A stretch of DNA of 62,888 bases, the filler included, from Sanchytrium tribonematis (lineage: Eukaryota): assembly GCA_018985235.1 (NCBI GenBank). It is 15 parts of 15 records of this genome, joined end to end, with 100 filler letters (N's around TTAATTAATTAA, not from the genome) between each part and the next. Parts side by side here need not be neighbours in the genome. Positions count along the whole stretch, not along the records: positions 1 to 18,417 come from JADGIG010000114.1; 14 more parts are not named here. One strand, 5' to 3'. The notes under the pieces are model-generated. The model made no database searches and was not told the DNA's origin. It saw only the letters and a list, made by a program, of their open reading frames with translations. Each line of letters begins with the position of its first letter. Position 1 is the stretch's first letter. Shown here one piece after another: positions 1 through 9,853 of this stretch. The position numbers and the translations under genes are program-made.

Positions 1-905
1 CTTCTTGTGTCACTTGCATTGAATTCTAAAATATCAAATCCACACTCCTTGGCGGCAACGTGAGCCATAGATGTCTTACCAATTCCTGGAGCCCCTGCGA
101 GCATCACCGCTCTCTTACCTTTTGTGTCGCTTGTAAACCCGTTCAAAAAATCACACAAGCGTTTGTATGTTTGTGAATTTCCAGCTAGGTCTTGCATAGT
201 CTTAGGTCTATACTTTTCAACAAATATGGGGGTATCAACCGTTGGAGTTTTAAAGAAGCCTGATGGGTGGGCAGTTACATTCAAATCTGCCTTGTGAATT
301 TTAGGCTTTTTTGGACTAATAACATTAACGATCTGAACAGAATCTTCTACCTGATTGCTTTTAATTTTGGCTCTCTTGGGGGTTGCCGGCTTTGAGCTGA
401 CTAATACGATGTCTTCATCTGCTGCTTTCCCAGCAGCGCCAGCAGTGTTTTCGATTACAATTTGTTCCACTTTATCTGAATCTAAATGGGATTTCTTCTT
501 TTTATTTGGAGTAGGAGAGACAACAGCTTTTCGCTTATTACCAGTATTTTCCGGATTTAAAACCCTTTCCTTCACTAGTTCGACAAACTCTTCTTCGGTT
601 AACATTGTAATATTTAATGCTTTCGCCTTCTCAACTTTCTTAGGCCCAGGCTCGCTTCCACACACCATATAACTAGTTTTTTTGGAAGGAGCTGTTGTGG
701 CCTTCCCGGCCATACTATTAACCAAATCTTTAGCTTCGTCTCTTCCAAAATTTTCCATGTCACCCGTAAATACAAATGTTAAATTTTCTAGACAGGTTGG
801 ATGATATCCTATGTTTAAACCTTCTCTTCCTCCTTTGACTTCTTTTTCTTTTGCTTTCTTTGCAAAAAAATTCCGCTTTACAGGTTTGTTGCTAAAAGCC
901 TCCAT
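1..905 (-). CDS. RFC1: Replication factor C subunit 1, 5' part (runs off the window)
   Basis: Read by hand, not in the ORF track. ATG at 905, BRCT domain (CLENLTFVFTG...APSKKTSY), Walker A GAPGIGKTS and EFNASDTR. Confidence 0.93.
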   Translation of the reverse strand, partial: MEAFSNKPVKRNFFAKKAKEKEVKGGREGLNIGYHPTCLENLTFVFTGDMENFGRDEAKDLVNSMAGKATTAPSKKTSYMVCGSEPGPKKVEKAKALNITMLTEEEFVELVKERVLNPENTGNKRKAVVSPTPNKKKKSHLDSDKVEQIVIENTAGAAGKAADEDIVLVSSKPATPKRAKIKSNQVEDSVQIVNVISPKKPKIHKADLNVTAHPSGFFKTPTVDTPIFVEKYRPKTMQDLAGNSQTYKRLCDFLNGFTSDTKGKRAVMLAGAPGIGKTSMAHVAAKECGFDILEFNASDTR

Positions 906-1049
906 TGTGTATCAAAAATTTGACATCAATTTTTTGCGACTCGAATGCTCTCTCGAGTTCACTGGCACAAATGATAAGATTTACAGAATTATGTAAAGAA
1001 AGCTTTATAGATCCCTTCGCATTGATAAGCTCTCCTTGTTTCTTTATTA

Positions 1050-4000
1050 ATGAAGTTACTACACAAAACCATAGTTCCCAGTACTTATGTGCGAGACATT
1101 TGCACAGGTTCATTTACTAAGCCTAAAGAACAGGAGATGGTGACTATTGGAGGATCATTATTAAGACTATTTAGTCTGACAAATGGCAAATTAATTTTGC
1201 TACAAGAATTCGATTTATTATGCACATTGTGCACAGTGAATGCCGTCAAGTTACCTGGCACTCATTTAGATCTAATATGTTTAACTTCTGATGGTGGTTT
1301 ATTCCACGTTTTTAAATTAGAGAATTGTCAATTGTTAAAAATACATGCCGAGGCCTTTGGAAGATCGGGGACGAGGCGTATTATTCCTGGAATTTACACT
1401 TCAGTTGATCCAAAAGGACGAGCAATTATGACTAGTGCCATTGAGTCCAAAAAAATTACCTACATTCTTAATAGGGATGATTCTAAATATTTAATTTCAT
1501 CTCCGTTGGAAATTAATTCGAACAAAACAATTGTCTTTGATAGCTGTGGTGTAGATGTTGGGTTTGATAATCCAGTTTTTGCAGTCTTAGAATGCCAATA
1601 TGACGACGCAACTAGAAACTCGGATTGGTATAATTTTTTGGAAAAACAAGTTGTCTTCTATGAATTAGATTTGGGATTAAATACTATGATTTTGAAATTT
1701 TCTCATAAAGTAGATAGTCAGTCCCATAAAGTAATTCAAGTTCCGAGTGGGCTAGGTCCAAGTGGTGTTTTAGTATTTGCTATTAATTCAGTCACATGGG
1801 TGCACCCAAAAAATGAACCAATTACAGCCCCTTATCCACAAAGAGACCTTGATGCAAACGTTATGGTCAATTGTGTCACTTTGTTTAAATCTAAAAAGCA
1901 GTTTTTTTACATTCTGCAATTTAATAATGGGGATGTTTTTAAATTAGAGTTTAAAGAAGAATTTCAATTTTATTATTTAGCTACTATGAAAGTATGCTCA
2001 CAAATTGCAGTTTTCAAGAGCGGTTTTATTTACTTTGCAAATAACTCGTTGTATCAAATTGAAAATTTAGGAGAGTCAACTTCTACTGAATATGAGGCAA
2101 AGCAGACAGGATCCTTATCAATCGCTCAAAACATGATAAATTTAACGCCTTTACTCCATATTTCAAAGTTTAAGGAATCATTATTTGCTTTAACAGGCAC
2201 TCATGACGAATCAAAGTATTCTTTAATTAAACATGGTTCTATGCCAACTGTTATTCAGAGCATCCCATTACCTGACATTCCAAAGAAAATGTTCTCATTT
2301 TTGTTAAATAGCTTAAATTATATTGCAATTTCATTTATTGAGTATACAATTATTCTAGAATTTGGGCAAACCATCAACCAAAAACAACTAGATTGTTGCA
2401 AATATGCATCTGTGTCTATCGGAACTTTTAAGCATGAGATTTTCCAAGTCACAAATGATTTCATCATGTATAAAAATCGTAATATATTCGAAGCTCCTAT
2501 AAAATTAGCAAGCCACAATGAAAAGCAATTACTGGTTTACTCTCAAAAGTCAGTAATTCTATTTGAACTGAATATTAATGATGATTTGCATGAGGTAATG
2601 AATCTGAGTTTAGAAAATGTCGTAGATATTTCTATTCCTCCACTTAAAAATGCCAATACATTGTTTTTCGTTGTCTTATTTGATCGGGAAATTCATATTT
2701 ATAATTTTAATGGTGAAATGTTAAGTATGACGATGCTTGGATATTCTGCTGTTAATTGTGAAATCTATTTGAGCAAAAATACGTATGCTTTGAATGTTTC
2801 AATGACAAGCGGGCATTGTTTTCATGCAAATTGCAATGAATCGGGTGACTTGTACAACTTAAATACCAAGTATATTTCTCATACCGTAAAATGTCACGAT
2901 CAGCTGATAATTGCTGATGATATTTGGGTAGATGACACCAATATTATCTTGAAAGATCAAATAGATGCAATTTATCTTAATGATATGTTATTTTCAGTTG
3001 ATTCAAAATCATTTGTGTATTGCAGTATCAATTTGCAAGACAAAATGAATATTAAGACTGCCAATTTACCAAACACACCAAAAATATGCTTAGACTACCA
3101 AAATCAAAAGCTTTTACTTTGCTCAGATAATTTCCAACCATTTGATGGATCATGGCAAAGTACCGCATTTTTGCTGTCGGATGATTTAAAAGCTTTACAT
3201 TTGTTTGATCTCAACGAGACCCCATTATCAGCATGTTTTTGTATATTAAAAGATGAAAAATATTTAGCAGTCAGTACTGCTGTTCAACTTAAATCTGTAG
3301 CGTTTGCTTTTCATAAGTCATACATCAAGTTATTTGATTCAAATTTCGAATTGGTGCATACAACAGAATTAAAAGATCTCTGTCATGCGCTACATCCATT
3401 TCACGAATTTTTAATGGCTGGAGTGCATAACAAAGTAGTTCTTTATGATGCTGGAAAAAAACAACTTTTAAAAAAATCAGAAGTTGGCAATGTCAATGAA
3501 AAAATCATAAAAATTCATTCTCAAGGTAATAGGATTTTCGTATCTGATTTGAATACCGGTTATGCTGTATTGGAGTATCTAGAGGGCGAATTTATACGAT
3601 TTTGCGATGATTATCTTCCAAGACATCCAAGTGCAAGCTATTTATTAGATTACGACACATTAATTAGTGGTGACAAATTCGGATTGATTAGTACATTGAG
3701 GGTTCCGGATAGACTCCGAGACGATTTGCAACAAGACATGTACGCCAACAGAATTTTATATCAACGGGGATTTCTCAATGGAGCACCACATCGCTTAGAA
3801 AAAGTCAACGAATTTTTTGTCAATGACTTGGTAACCCATTTTTCAAAAACGACCAGCGCATATGGTCCCATAATTTTAGCGAGTGGAATACACGGGAGTG
3901 TCATTGGCCTGATACCAATCCAATTAAAATCAGAATTCAAAGTTTTAGAACCATTAGAAGATCAAATGCGAATATTGATGAATACAATGAATCGAAGTCA

Positions 4001-4169
4001 TTTGGCATATCGATCTAGTTATGGGGCGTGCAAAGACGTCATTGATTTTGATCTCCTGATTCAATTTTTAGACTTGGATGCAACTACTCAAAATAAGTTG
4101 GCAGAAACTATAGAGTTGACTGTGTCTGAAATATGTACTATTATATATAAATTCAAATCAATAAATTAG
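1050..4169 (+). CDS. RSE1: Splicing factor SF3B3/Rse1 (U2 snRNP SF3b), shortened to 1039 aa
   Basis: FGRSGTRRIIPG, DPKGRA, ISSPLE, DVGFDNPVFAVLE, YELDLGLN, KKQLLKK, LDYDT..GDKFG, GAPH and HLAYRS motifs. Confidence 0.95.
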   Translation: MKLLHKTIVPSTYVRDICTGSFTKPKEQEMVTIGGSLLRLFSLTNGKLILLQEFDLLCTLCTVNAVKLPGTHLDLICLTSDGGLFHVFKLENCQLLKIHAEAFGRSGTRRIIPGIYTSVDPKGRAIMTSAIESKKITYILNRDDSKYLISSPLEINSNKTIVFDSCGVDVGFDNPVFAVLECQYDDATRNSDWYNFLEKQVVFYELDLGLNTMILKFSHKVDSQSHKVIQVPSGLGPSGVLVFAINSVTWVHPKNEPITAPYPQRDLDANVMVNCVTLFKSKKQFFYILQFNNGDVFKLEFKEEFQFYYLATMKVCSQIAVFKSGFIYFANNSLYQIENLGESTSTEYEAKQTGSLSIAQNMINLTPLLHISKFKESLFALTGTHDESKYSLIKHGSMPTVIQSIPLPDIPKKMFSFLLNSLNYIAISFIEYTIILEFGQTINQKQLDCCKYASVSIGTFKHEIFQVTNDFIMYKNRNIFEAPIKLASHNEKQLLVYSQKSVILFELNINDDLHEVMNLSLENVVDISIPPLKNANTLFFVVLFDREIHIYNFNGEMLSMTMLGYSAVNCEIYLSKNTYALNVSMTSGHCFHANCNESGDLYNLNTKYISHTVKCHDQLIIADDIWVDDTNIILKDQIDAIYLNDMLFSVDSKSFVYCSINLQDKMNIKTANLPNTPKICLDYQNQKLLLCSDNFQPFDGSWQSTAFLLSDDLKALHLFDLNETPLSACFCILKDEKYLAVSTAVQLKSVAFAFHKSYIKLFDSNFELVHTTELKDLCHALHPFHEFLMAGVHNKVVLYDAGKKQLLKKSEVGNVNEKIIKIHSQGNRIFVSDLNTGYAVLEYLEGEFIRFCDDYLPRHPSASYLLDYDTLISGDKFGLISTLRVPDRLRDDLQQDMYANRILYQRGFLNGAPHRLEKVNEFFVNDLVTHFSKTTSAYGPIILASGIHGSVIGLIPIQLKSEFKVLEPLEDQMRILMNTMNRSHLAYRSSYGACKDVIDFDLLIQFLDLDATTQNKLAETIELTVSEICTIIYKFKSIN

Positions 4170-4254
4170 TTTCGTGATTTTGGTGATTTTAAGGTCTGAG
4201 TTGTCTCACTAAGTCGATTCTCCTTGTCCGAAAAAACTCCGTGCGACGAGACGT

Positions 4255-5007
4255 ATGGATTTTTCCACTGAATTGATCATTGCGTCAATGCTCTTAGGAG
4301 GGTCGTCTCTGTTCTTTGTACAGGGACTGTTCAAAAGTTTTCTAGTGTTACCACTTAGTGGTAAATTAATTATTACTTTAACCGGTGTCATCACTTCTGG
4401 ATGTGATGCCTTTCTGGTGTTTTTATTTTTGTATTATTCTAATGGTGAAGATGCCATAATAGGGGTCTTTATGTCAATTTTATGGTTTTTGATGATACAG
4501 GCAACCACATGGATATATACTCTAAGAATAGTAACACTGGGGAAACCACATGCTGCTGATAAATATGTTAAACTGATACCCTTTGCATTTATAATAATAG
4601 AAATACCGGCTGCTGTGACTATTGCCCTAGAAGGATTTAATATTAAATACCACCCACTTTATCTGGATGTTTCCTTGGCGTTTACCATTATTGCAATAAT
4701 ATTAGAATTATTTATGTACACTATTTTAGTCAAGAAAACGATTTTTTTAATGAAGTACTCTAGTGAGCCTCACAAAGGATTAGTCAAGAATGTAAAAATT
4801 GCAATGGCAATTCTTATTGCTGCCAAATTTTTGATTGTTGTAGCAAAACTGCTGGGAAGTTCGCTAGACATGAGTATGAGGCCTTTCACACAGTTGGTCA
4901 GGATATACATTATTTTGCAGTTTTACGGCGACACCTTTTTGGAATTGGATAATGCCTGCAAGAATAGACGATACGACTCCTCTTATGAAGACACTGAAGT
5001 AAATTAA
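4255..5007 (+). CDS. Orphan membrane protein with about 7 TM segments (GPCR-like topology)
   Basis: 250-aa ORF with about seven hydrophobic segments and a polar C-tail. No family motif recognised. Confidence 0.6.
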   Translation: MDFSTELIIASMLLGGSSLFFVQGLFKSFLVLPLSGKLIITLTGVITSGCDAFLVFLFLYYSNGEDAIIGVFMSILWFLMIQATTWIYTLRIVTLGKPHAADKYVKLIPFAFIIIEIPAAVTIALEGFNIKYHPLYLDVSLAFTIIAIILELFMYTILVKKTIFLMKYSSEPHKGLVKNVKIAMAILIAAKFLIVVAKLLGSSLDMSMRPFTQLVRIYIILQFYGDTFLELDNACKNRRYDSSYEDTEVN

Positions 5008-5072
5008 TGCTTGTTTCGTGATAATTTTAAATAGATTAAACAATGCAGTAAATTAATTGGATATTCCTAAGT

Positions 5073-5870
5073 TTATTTTATCACGTGTCGAATGTAATCG
5101 GGAATCTTTAACTCCAAATTCAATTCATTGACAGAAGCATCATGTTCGAACTTATCAAGGCGAATTGTTGCTAAGCCGTATATATTTTTACCACTCCGAA
5201 CGTAATTCAAAATCTTACCAACAGATTTCCCTTGAATCACAATATTTTGACCATGAAGCTTTGGCACTTTGGTATGATCAACATCTTTAATTTTGAATGA
5301 TATTGTTCTTTTTCTAACGACACCTGTGTGTTTTGTTCTAATAATAAGTTCCTGTCCAGTATAGCATCCTTTATGAAAATCAATCGCATTCAATAAATCG
5401 AAATTCATATCAAAAGGTATCGATTTAGGAAAATCCGATGCTTCAGGTATGCCATTTTGATATCTATATACGGTGTACGTTTGCGCATCAGCTGTAACAG
5501 TTGGCGCGGTTTTCCTAATGTTTAAGGATCGATAACCCATAAGCGGTCTTGGGTCCTTAAATAGCTCACCATTCAAATTATTTGGCTTCGTATGATACCA
5601 GTCAACTTCTCCATGCACAGATTCCAACAGAATATCGCTTCTCAGCTTGTATTTAAGTATGTGCGATATCAGTGACTCCGAGACCATTTCTGGTACTTCC
5701 AAATAATTTGATGAATGAGATTTGTAATAAAATGCGTCTGTAATAACTCGTGATTGTGGAGTTAGGAATAATAGATAATTAATACTTGAATTGAGGTTAT
5801 TTGAGCATAAAGAAGTCAAAAAATTGTGAGCATCTTTGCCATGAACTTTGAAGATTCTTCGGTGAAGCAT
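5073..5870 (-). CDS. IBA57: Mitochondrial Fe-S assembly factor Iba57/CAF17 (YgfZ family)
   Basis: KGCYTGQE signature, DPR and G.VRKR motifs. Confidence 0.93.
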   Translation of the reverse strand: MLHRRIFKVHGKDAHNFLTSLCSNNLNSSINYLLFLTPQSRVITDAFYYKSHSSNYLEVPEMVSESLISHILKYKLRSDILLESVHGEVDWYHTKPNNLNGELFKDPRPLMGYRSLNIRKTAPTVTADAQTYTVYRYQNGIPEASDFPKSIPFDMNFDLLNAIDFHKGCYTGQELIIRTKHTGVVRKRTISFKIKDVDHTKVPKLHGQNIVIQGKSVGKILNYVRSGKNIYGLATIRLDKFEHDASVNELNLELKIPDYIRHVIK

Positions 5871-5911
5871 TGGTCAAAGTCTCCTTGAATTCAAATTTCA
5901 ATTTACAATCT

Positions 5912-7108
5912 TTATTGATTTTTGTATGGTGTTACTCCCAAACATTCACTTAGTTTTACAAACTTGTATCCTTTGTCCGTGAACAATTTTTTGATTTGAG
6001 GGATGATGCCACTGCAAACTTTGTGAATATCATGACAAAGTACAATGTGACCACCAACCGAGTCAGATGCCAATCCTGCTTTGATGTTATTCAAGGCTAA
6101 TGTTTGAGCTTGTGCAACGGTTTTACCAGCACCAATATTGGTGGCATCCTCAGTGTCGATTGACCAATTTACAGTTTTCAATCCCAATTGGTTCCAAATT
6201 CCAATTGTCTCAGAATTGGAGTCGCCATAAGGTGGTCGAAAGAATCGTGGGGTCTTTCCTGTTTTTGCGTAAATCAAGTTTGAAGTTGTTGTCATGTCAT
6301 TGACAAATACATCTTTTCCTCTTGTAGTCAAGTAGTTTGGACTTGACTGATGATAAAAGCTATGACTGGCAATCTCATGACCATTTGCCAATACATTCAA
6401 AGTTTTGCTTGAATCATAATATTCGTGGACTCCTAGGGTAAAAAAAGTCGAAGATATGCCATTACTTTTCAAAGCAGCTAATGTTACAGCGGTACCATCA
6501 TCAGAGCTTGGACCGTCATCAAAAGTCAAAGCAACAGTCTTCTTGGCAATACAATTTGTAAGAGGAGCTTTTAAGTAATACGTTACAGATGTAGCAGGCG
6601 CAGTAGGATATTTAGGAAACTCTCCGACACATTGGGTGCTAGTGCTAAATTTTGTCTGACAGCCTGGGCCGCAATGATCTTTTGTTCCGTCACTACTGGC
6701 AGTCCCACAAAAACCAAATTTGCTACAGCACGTACTTCCGCCACAGACTTTTCCGTTACTACCACATTGACCATCTGTAGAAATGTTGCTTGCTGTATTG
6801 GAAGTCGCACATAGAGTACTTGGATTGGAAAATGCTGACTGACATCCAGCGGCGCAATGAGCTGCAGTAGAACCACAAAATCCGTATTGACTGCAACAGT
6901 TGTTACTTGGGCATGTTTTACCATTGCTACCACAAATTCCATCAGTAGAAATCACTGGGGCTCCTCTTCTACTTCTTATGTTTGCTTTTGGAAGCAAAAT
7001 AAATTCATTTGGCATTGACTCTAATTCTGGAAATAAAGCAAACTCATTTCCTGCTGTGGATTTTTTGCAGAGACTACCAAAAGCAGCAGTAAGCGCGATG
7101 AGCATCAT
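5912..7108 (-). CDS. Secreted chitin deacetylase (CE4) with two hevein/CBM18 chitin-binding domains
   Basis: Short signal peptide, two CCSxxGFCG hevein repeats, and NodB motifs TFDDGP, HSFYH, RPPYG, LCHD. Confidence 0.92.
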   Translation of the reverse strand: MMLIALTAAFGSLCKKSTAGNEFALFPELESMPNEFILLPKANIRSRRGAPVISTDGICGSNGKTCPSNNCCSQYGFCGSTAAHCAAGCQSAFSNPSTLCATSNTASNISTDGQCGSNGKVCGGSTCCSKFGFCGTASSDGTKDHCGPGCQTKFSTSTQCVGEFPKYPTAPATSVTYYLKAPLTNCIAKKTVALTFDDGPSSDDGTAVTLAALKSNGISSTFFTLGVHEYYDSSKTLNVLANGHEIASHSFYHQSSPNYLTTRGKDVFVNDMTTTSNLIYAKTGKTPRFFRPPYGDSNSETIGIWNQLGLKTVNWSIDTEDATNIGAGKTVAQAQTLALNNIKAGLASDSVGGHIVLCHDIHKVCSGIIPQIKKLFTDKGYKFVKLSECLGVTPYKNQ

Positions 7109-7263
7109 TGTGGCTTGACTTTTCGCGAAATTTTATTTGTGGCCAATATTTGAGTTGAGCGATGGAAAACGAAGCCAGAATTTCTAAGTCAAAAGGAAAG
7201 TGGGAGATTTATATATTTTCTCCAACAAATCTGACTGAGAGGAGGAAACACCACAATTAACTG

Positions 7264-8040
7264 ATGTCTCGACCAGAATTATCACATCTCCCTGATCTAT
7301 ACTACAACAAAGATGAAGCAAAAAAGTATACGAACAATAGTCATATAATTAAAACTCAAGAAAAACTAACGACGCGCGCTATTGAATTATTAAATCTGCC
7401 AAATGGAATAATTTTAGACATTGGATGTGGATCCGGTTTAAGCAGTGACATTCTAGAGGAATCTCAATACACTTGCATAGGAATGGATATATCAAAAGAC
7501 ATGTTAGATTTAAATGACAATGAATGTTTATTGGCAGATATGGGAAATGGAATTGGTATGAGGCCTGGCTGTCTCGATGGAATTATCAGTATAAGTGCGC
7601 TGCAGTGGCTCTGCACTGTAAATTCAAATCAATCACCCTTTAAAAGATTACAAATTTTATTTAATTCCTGCTACATGGCACTTAGGAGAGGCGGTAAAGC
7701 TGTTTTTCAATTTTATCCAATGAATCAAGAACAAATTGATATGATCACGTCTTCAGCCATGCAATCTGGATTTTCAGGAGGATTATTAATAGACTATCCA
7801 AATTCAACAAAGGCTAAAAAATATTTTTTATGTTTATTTGCTGGATACACAAAAGAACAAGTTGATGCCCAAATGCCAAAAGCTCAAGGCGCGGAATATA
7901 GCAAGGCGCTTCGAAAAAAATCCAACGGTATTAGTAAGAAAGAATGGATCATGAAGAAGAAAGAATTATATATTAAAAGAGGCGTTTCAGTTCCGAAGGA
8001 TTCCAAATACACTGGTAGGAAACGAAGAACACAATTTTAG
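7264..8040 (+). CDS. BUD23: 18S rRNA m7G methyltransferase Bud23/WBSCR22
   Basis: MSRPE start, LDIGCGSGLS, ISISALQWLC, DYPNSTKAKK, DSKYTGRKR. Confidence 0.96.
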   Translation: MSRPELSHLPDLYYNKDEAKKYTNNSHIIKTQEKLTTRAIELLNLPNGIILDIGCGSGLSSDILEESQYTCIGMDISKDMLDLNDNECLLADMGNGIGMRPGCLDGIISISALQWLCTVNSNQSPFKRLQILFNSCYMALRRGGKAVFQFYPMNQEQIDMITSSAMQSGFSGGLLIDYPNSTKAKKYFLCLFAGYTKEQVDAQMPKAQGAEYSKALRKKSNGISKKEWIMKKKELYIKRGVSVPKDSKYTGRKRRTQF

Positions 8041-8052
8041 TAAATATTTTAA

Positions 8053-9114
8053 TCATAAACATTTCCAGGTACCAATGGATATCAAGTCATTGATTTTTGA
8101 AATTGATTTTAATCGATGTACCAATGCTATCATCACAGCGTCATCTTTGTCTTCACAAAACTTTAGTAAATTTGGACTCCAGTCTAAATTTGTACTTATT
8201 CTCTTCTTTTTGTTACTCCGTTGGTCATTTTCAATTTTGTTTTTAAACTCCGTAGCAAGTTTATAATTTTGAGATCTCAGAGCTTGAGTAGTGGGTCCCC
8301 AAATTTTGTATGTATTGTAAACACTTTCACTGTCGACAGCTACGATTTCAGACGCTTTATCGTTCTCGACGCTAAAAAATGCCTGCGGAATTCCATTTAA
8401 ATATTGTAACGTAGACTCTTTCGTCCAATTACCTTCTATTTTGCCAAATTCTGCATTTTTTTCATCAAAAAGTTTACAGTTATATAAAAAGTAATCTCCA
8501 CTAAAATATCCTTTGCCAAAAAATTCAAAATCTGCTGTAAATCCAGATTTGCTTACAACATAAACATGGTCTAATATTTCAAAATAAGGACTAATCTGGT
8601 ATAGCCCTCTCATCAACAGATGTGGTAGACTAATTAGATAAACATCATCTTTGACATTTATAACAATTCTCCCACTGGGAACAATATCGACGTGCGTACC
8701 TTTAAAGGTCGTGTAAGGTTGAATGTGACCATTTAAAGTCAAATTTTCGCCACATTTGATCTCAAAAGCAGTCACAGGTGGGTGATGAGAAACTTGTTCT
8801 GTGAAAATCTCGCATCTACCTGCTTTTGCTAAATATTGTTCACCTAAAACTGGGTTGTATGGCTTTTTTTCATAACCTCTACTCGCATAACTTCCATGAA
8901 GTGTCGACAAGAACCATTTGCAAACAGCAACTATTCTTTCTTTCGGATCGTTCAATTCTGAAATGTTTTCAAGTAATTCAGGATGGTCCATCCAATATTT
9001 CGAATACTCTGTCATTGAGTATCCATTAAGCAGCACTGAGGGTGCACTCACTTGACTCAGATCGCCCACAACAGACTTCAAACTCCTCAGAAAATCTAGA
9101 AGCTGCTCACTCAT
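8053..9114 (-). CDS. KES1: Oxysterol-binding protein, short Kes1/Osh4 type
   Basis: GDLS..SAP, YW.DHPEL, EKKPYNPVLGE and EQVSHHPP fingerprint. Confidence 0.88.
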   Translation of the reverse strand: MSEQLLDFLRSLKSVVGDLSQVSAPSVLLNGYSMTEYSKYWMDHPELLENISELNDPKERIVAVCKWFLSTLHGSYASRGYEKKPYNPVLGEQYLAKAGRCEIFTEQVSHHPPVTAFEIKCGENLTLNGHIQPYTTFKGTHVDIVPSGRIVINVKDDVYLISLPHLLMRGLYQISPYFEILDHVYVVSKSGFTADFEFFGKGYFSGDYFLYNCKLFDEKNAEFGKIEGNWTKESTLQYLNGIPQAFFSVENDKASEIVAVDSESVYNTYKIWGPTTQALRSQNYKLATEFKNKIENDQRSNKKKRISTNLDWSPNLLKFCEDKDDAVMIALVHRLKSISKINDLISIGTWKCL

Positions 9115-9221
9115 TTGTTTGAAAACTTTAAAGGAGTAAGCACAAAATCCTACAAATCATCTTTTATTCAGACCAATAATCAAGAAATAAACAAACTAAA
9201 ACTACAGGGAGTGTGATCCTG

Positions 9222-9812
9222 TCAGGCATGGATTTGCAAGCAAACATAGCATGACCCATCAACTTCCATATTAATATTGGTTCGTCCACAATATTTACAA
9301 CCGCTTGTCAAAACCTTATTTCTTTTCAGCTTTTTCAAGTGCTCAATTACCCAATATATCAGAGGCACTAAAAGTGTTACCAATTTGTAATAATTTTCGG
9401 TTATAAATTGGTGGCTATTGACCACCATTCCAAGACTATACCCAGTGAAGTCTAATTTTGAGTGAACAAATAGATGCGGTAAAGCTATTGCATGTCCAAT
9501 GCCAGCAACACTGGACAACAAGCAAAACATGTCTAGAAAATTTGACAATTTGTACAATGGACGAATAAATTCTCTTCCTTTATAAATATGTACAAGAGTC
9601 TGTATAGACCTGATTAAGATGTATCGCTTAAATCCGGAGGTCCAACGTAAGCCAAAACAATTTTCTACGACGCTATTCTTGTTCAAATAAAACAATAACC
9701 AAACAAAAGGTTCCATAAACTTCAATTTGGGAGCTTCCTCAATATATTTTTCGTAGTGTTCAGATAATTGATGCTCGAATCTTTCAGCCAAAAATGCGAC
9801 TGCTGCCATCAT
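9222..9812 (-). CDS. Highly reduced Pex2/Pex12-family peroxin with truncated RING
   Basis: SVVENCFGLR resembles Pex12 SFxENFYGLKR. C-terminal CKYC...CYVC follows a TM segment. Confidence 0.5.
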   Translation of the reverse strand: MMAAVAFLAERFEHQLSEHYEKYIEEAPKLKFMEPFVWLLFYLNKNSVVENCFGLRWTSGFKRYILIRSIQTLVHIYKGREFIRPLYKLSNFLDMFCLLSSVAGIGHAIALPHLFVHSKLDFTGYSLGMVVNSHQFITENYYKLVTLLVPLIYWVIEHLKKLKRNKVLTSGCKYCGRTNINMEVDGSCYVCLQIHA

Positions 9813-9853
9813 TTAGAGATATTTGAGGGAGAACTTTGTAAAACAAGATTTAA

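Noticed and set aside
355..1120. Short ORFs antisense to or overlapping RFC1/RSE1 and similar shadow ORFs throughout the track
   Set aside because: They overlap well-supported genes and carry no recognisable motifs.
4255..5007. Microbial rhodopsin
   Set aside because: No retinal-binding Lys motif in the last helix.
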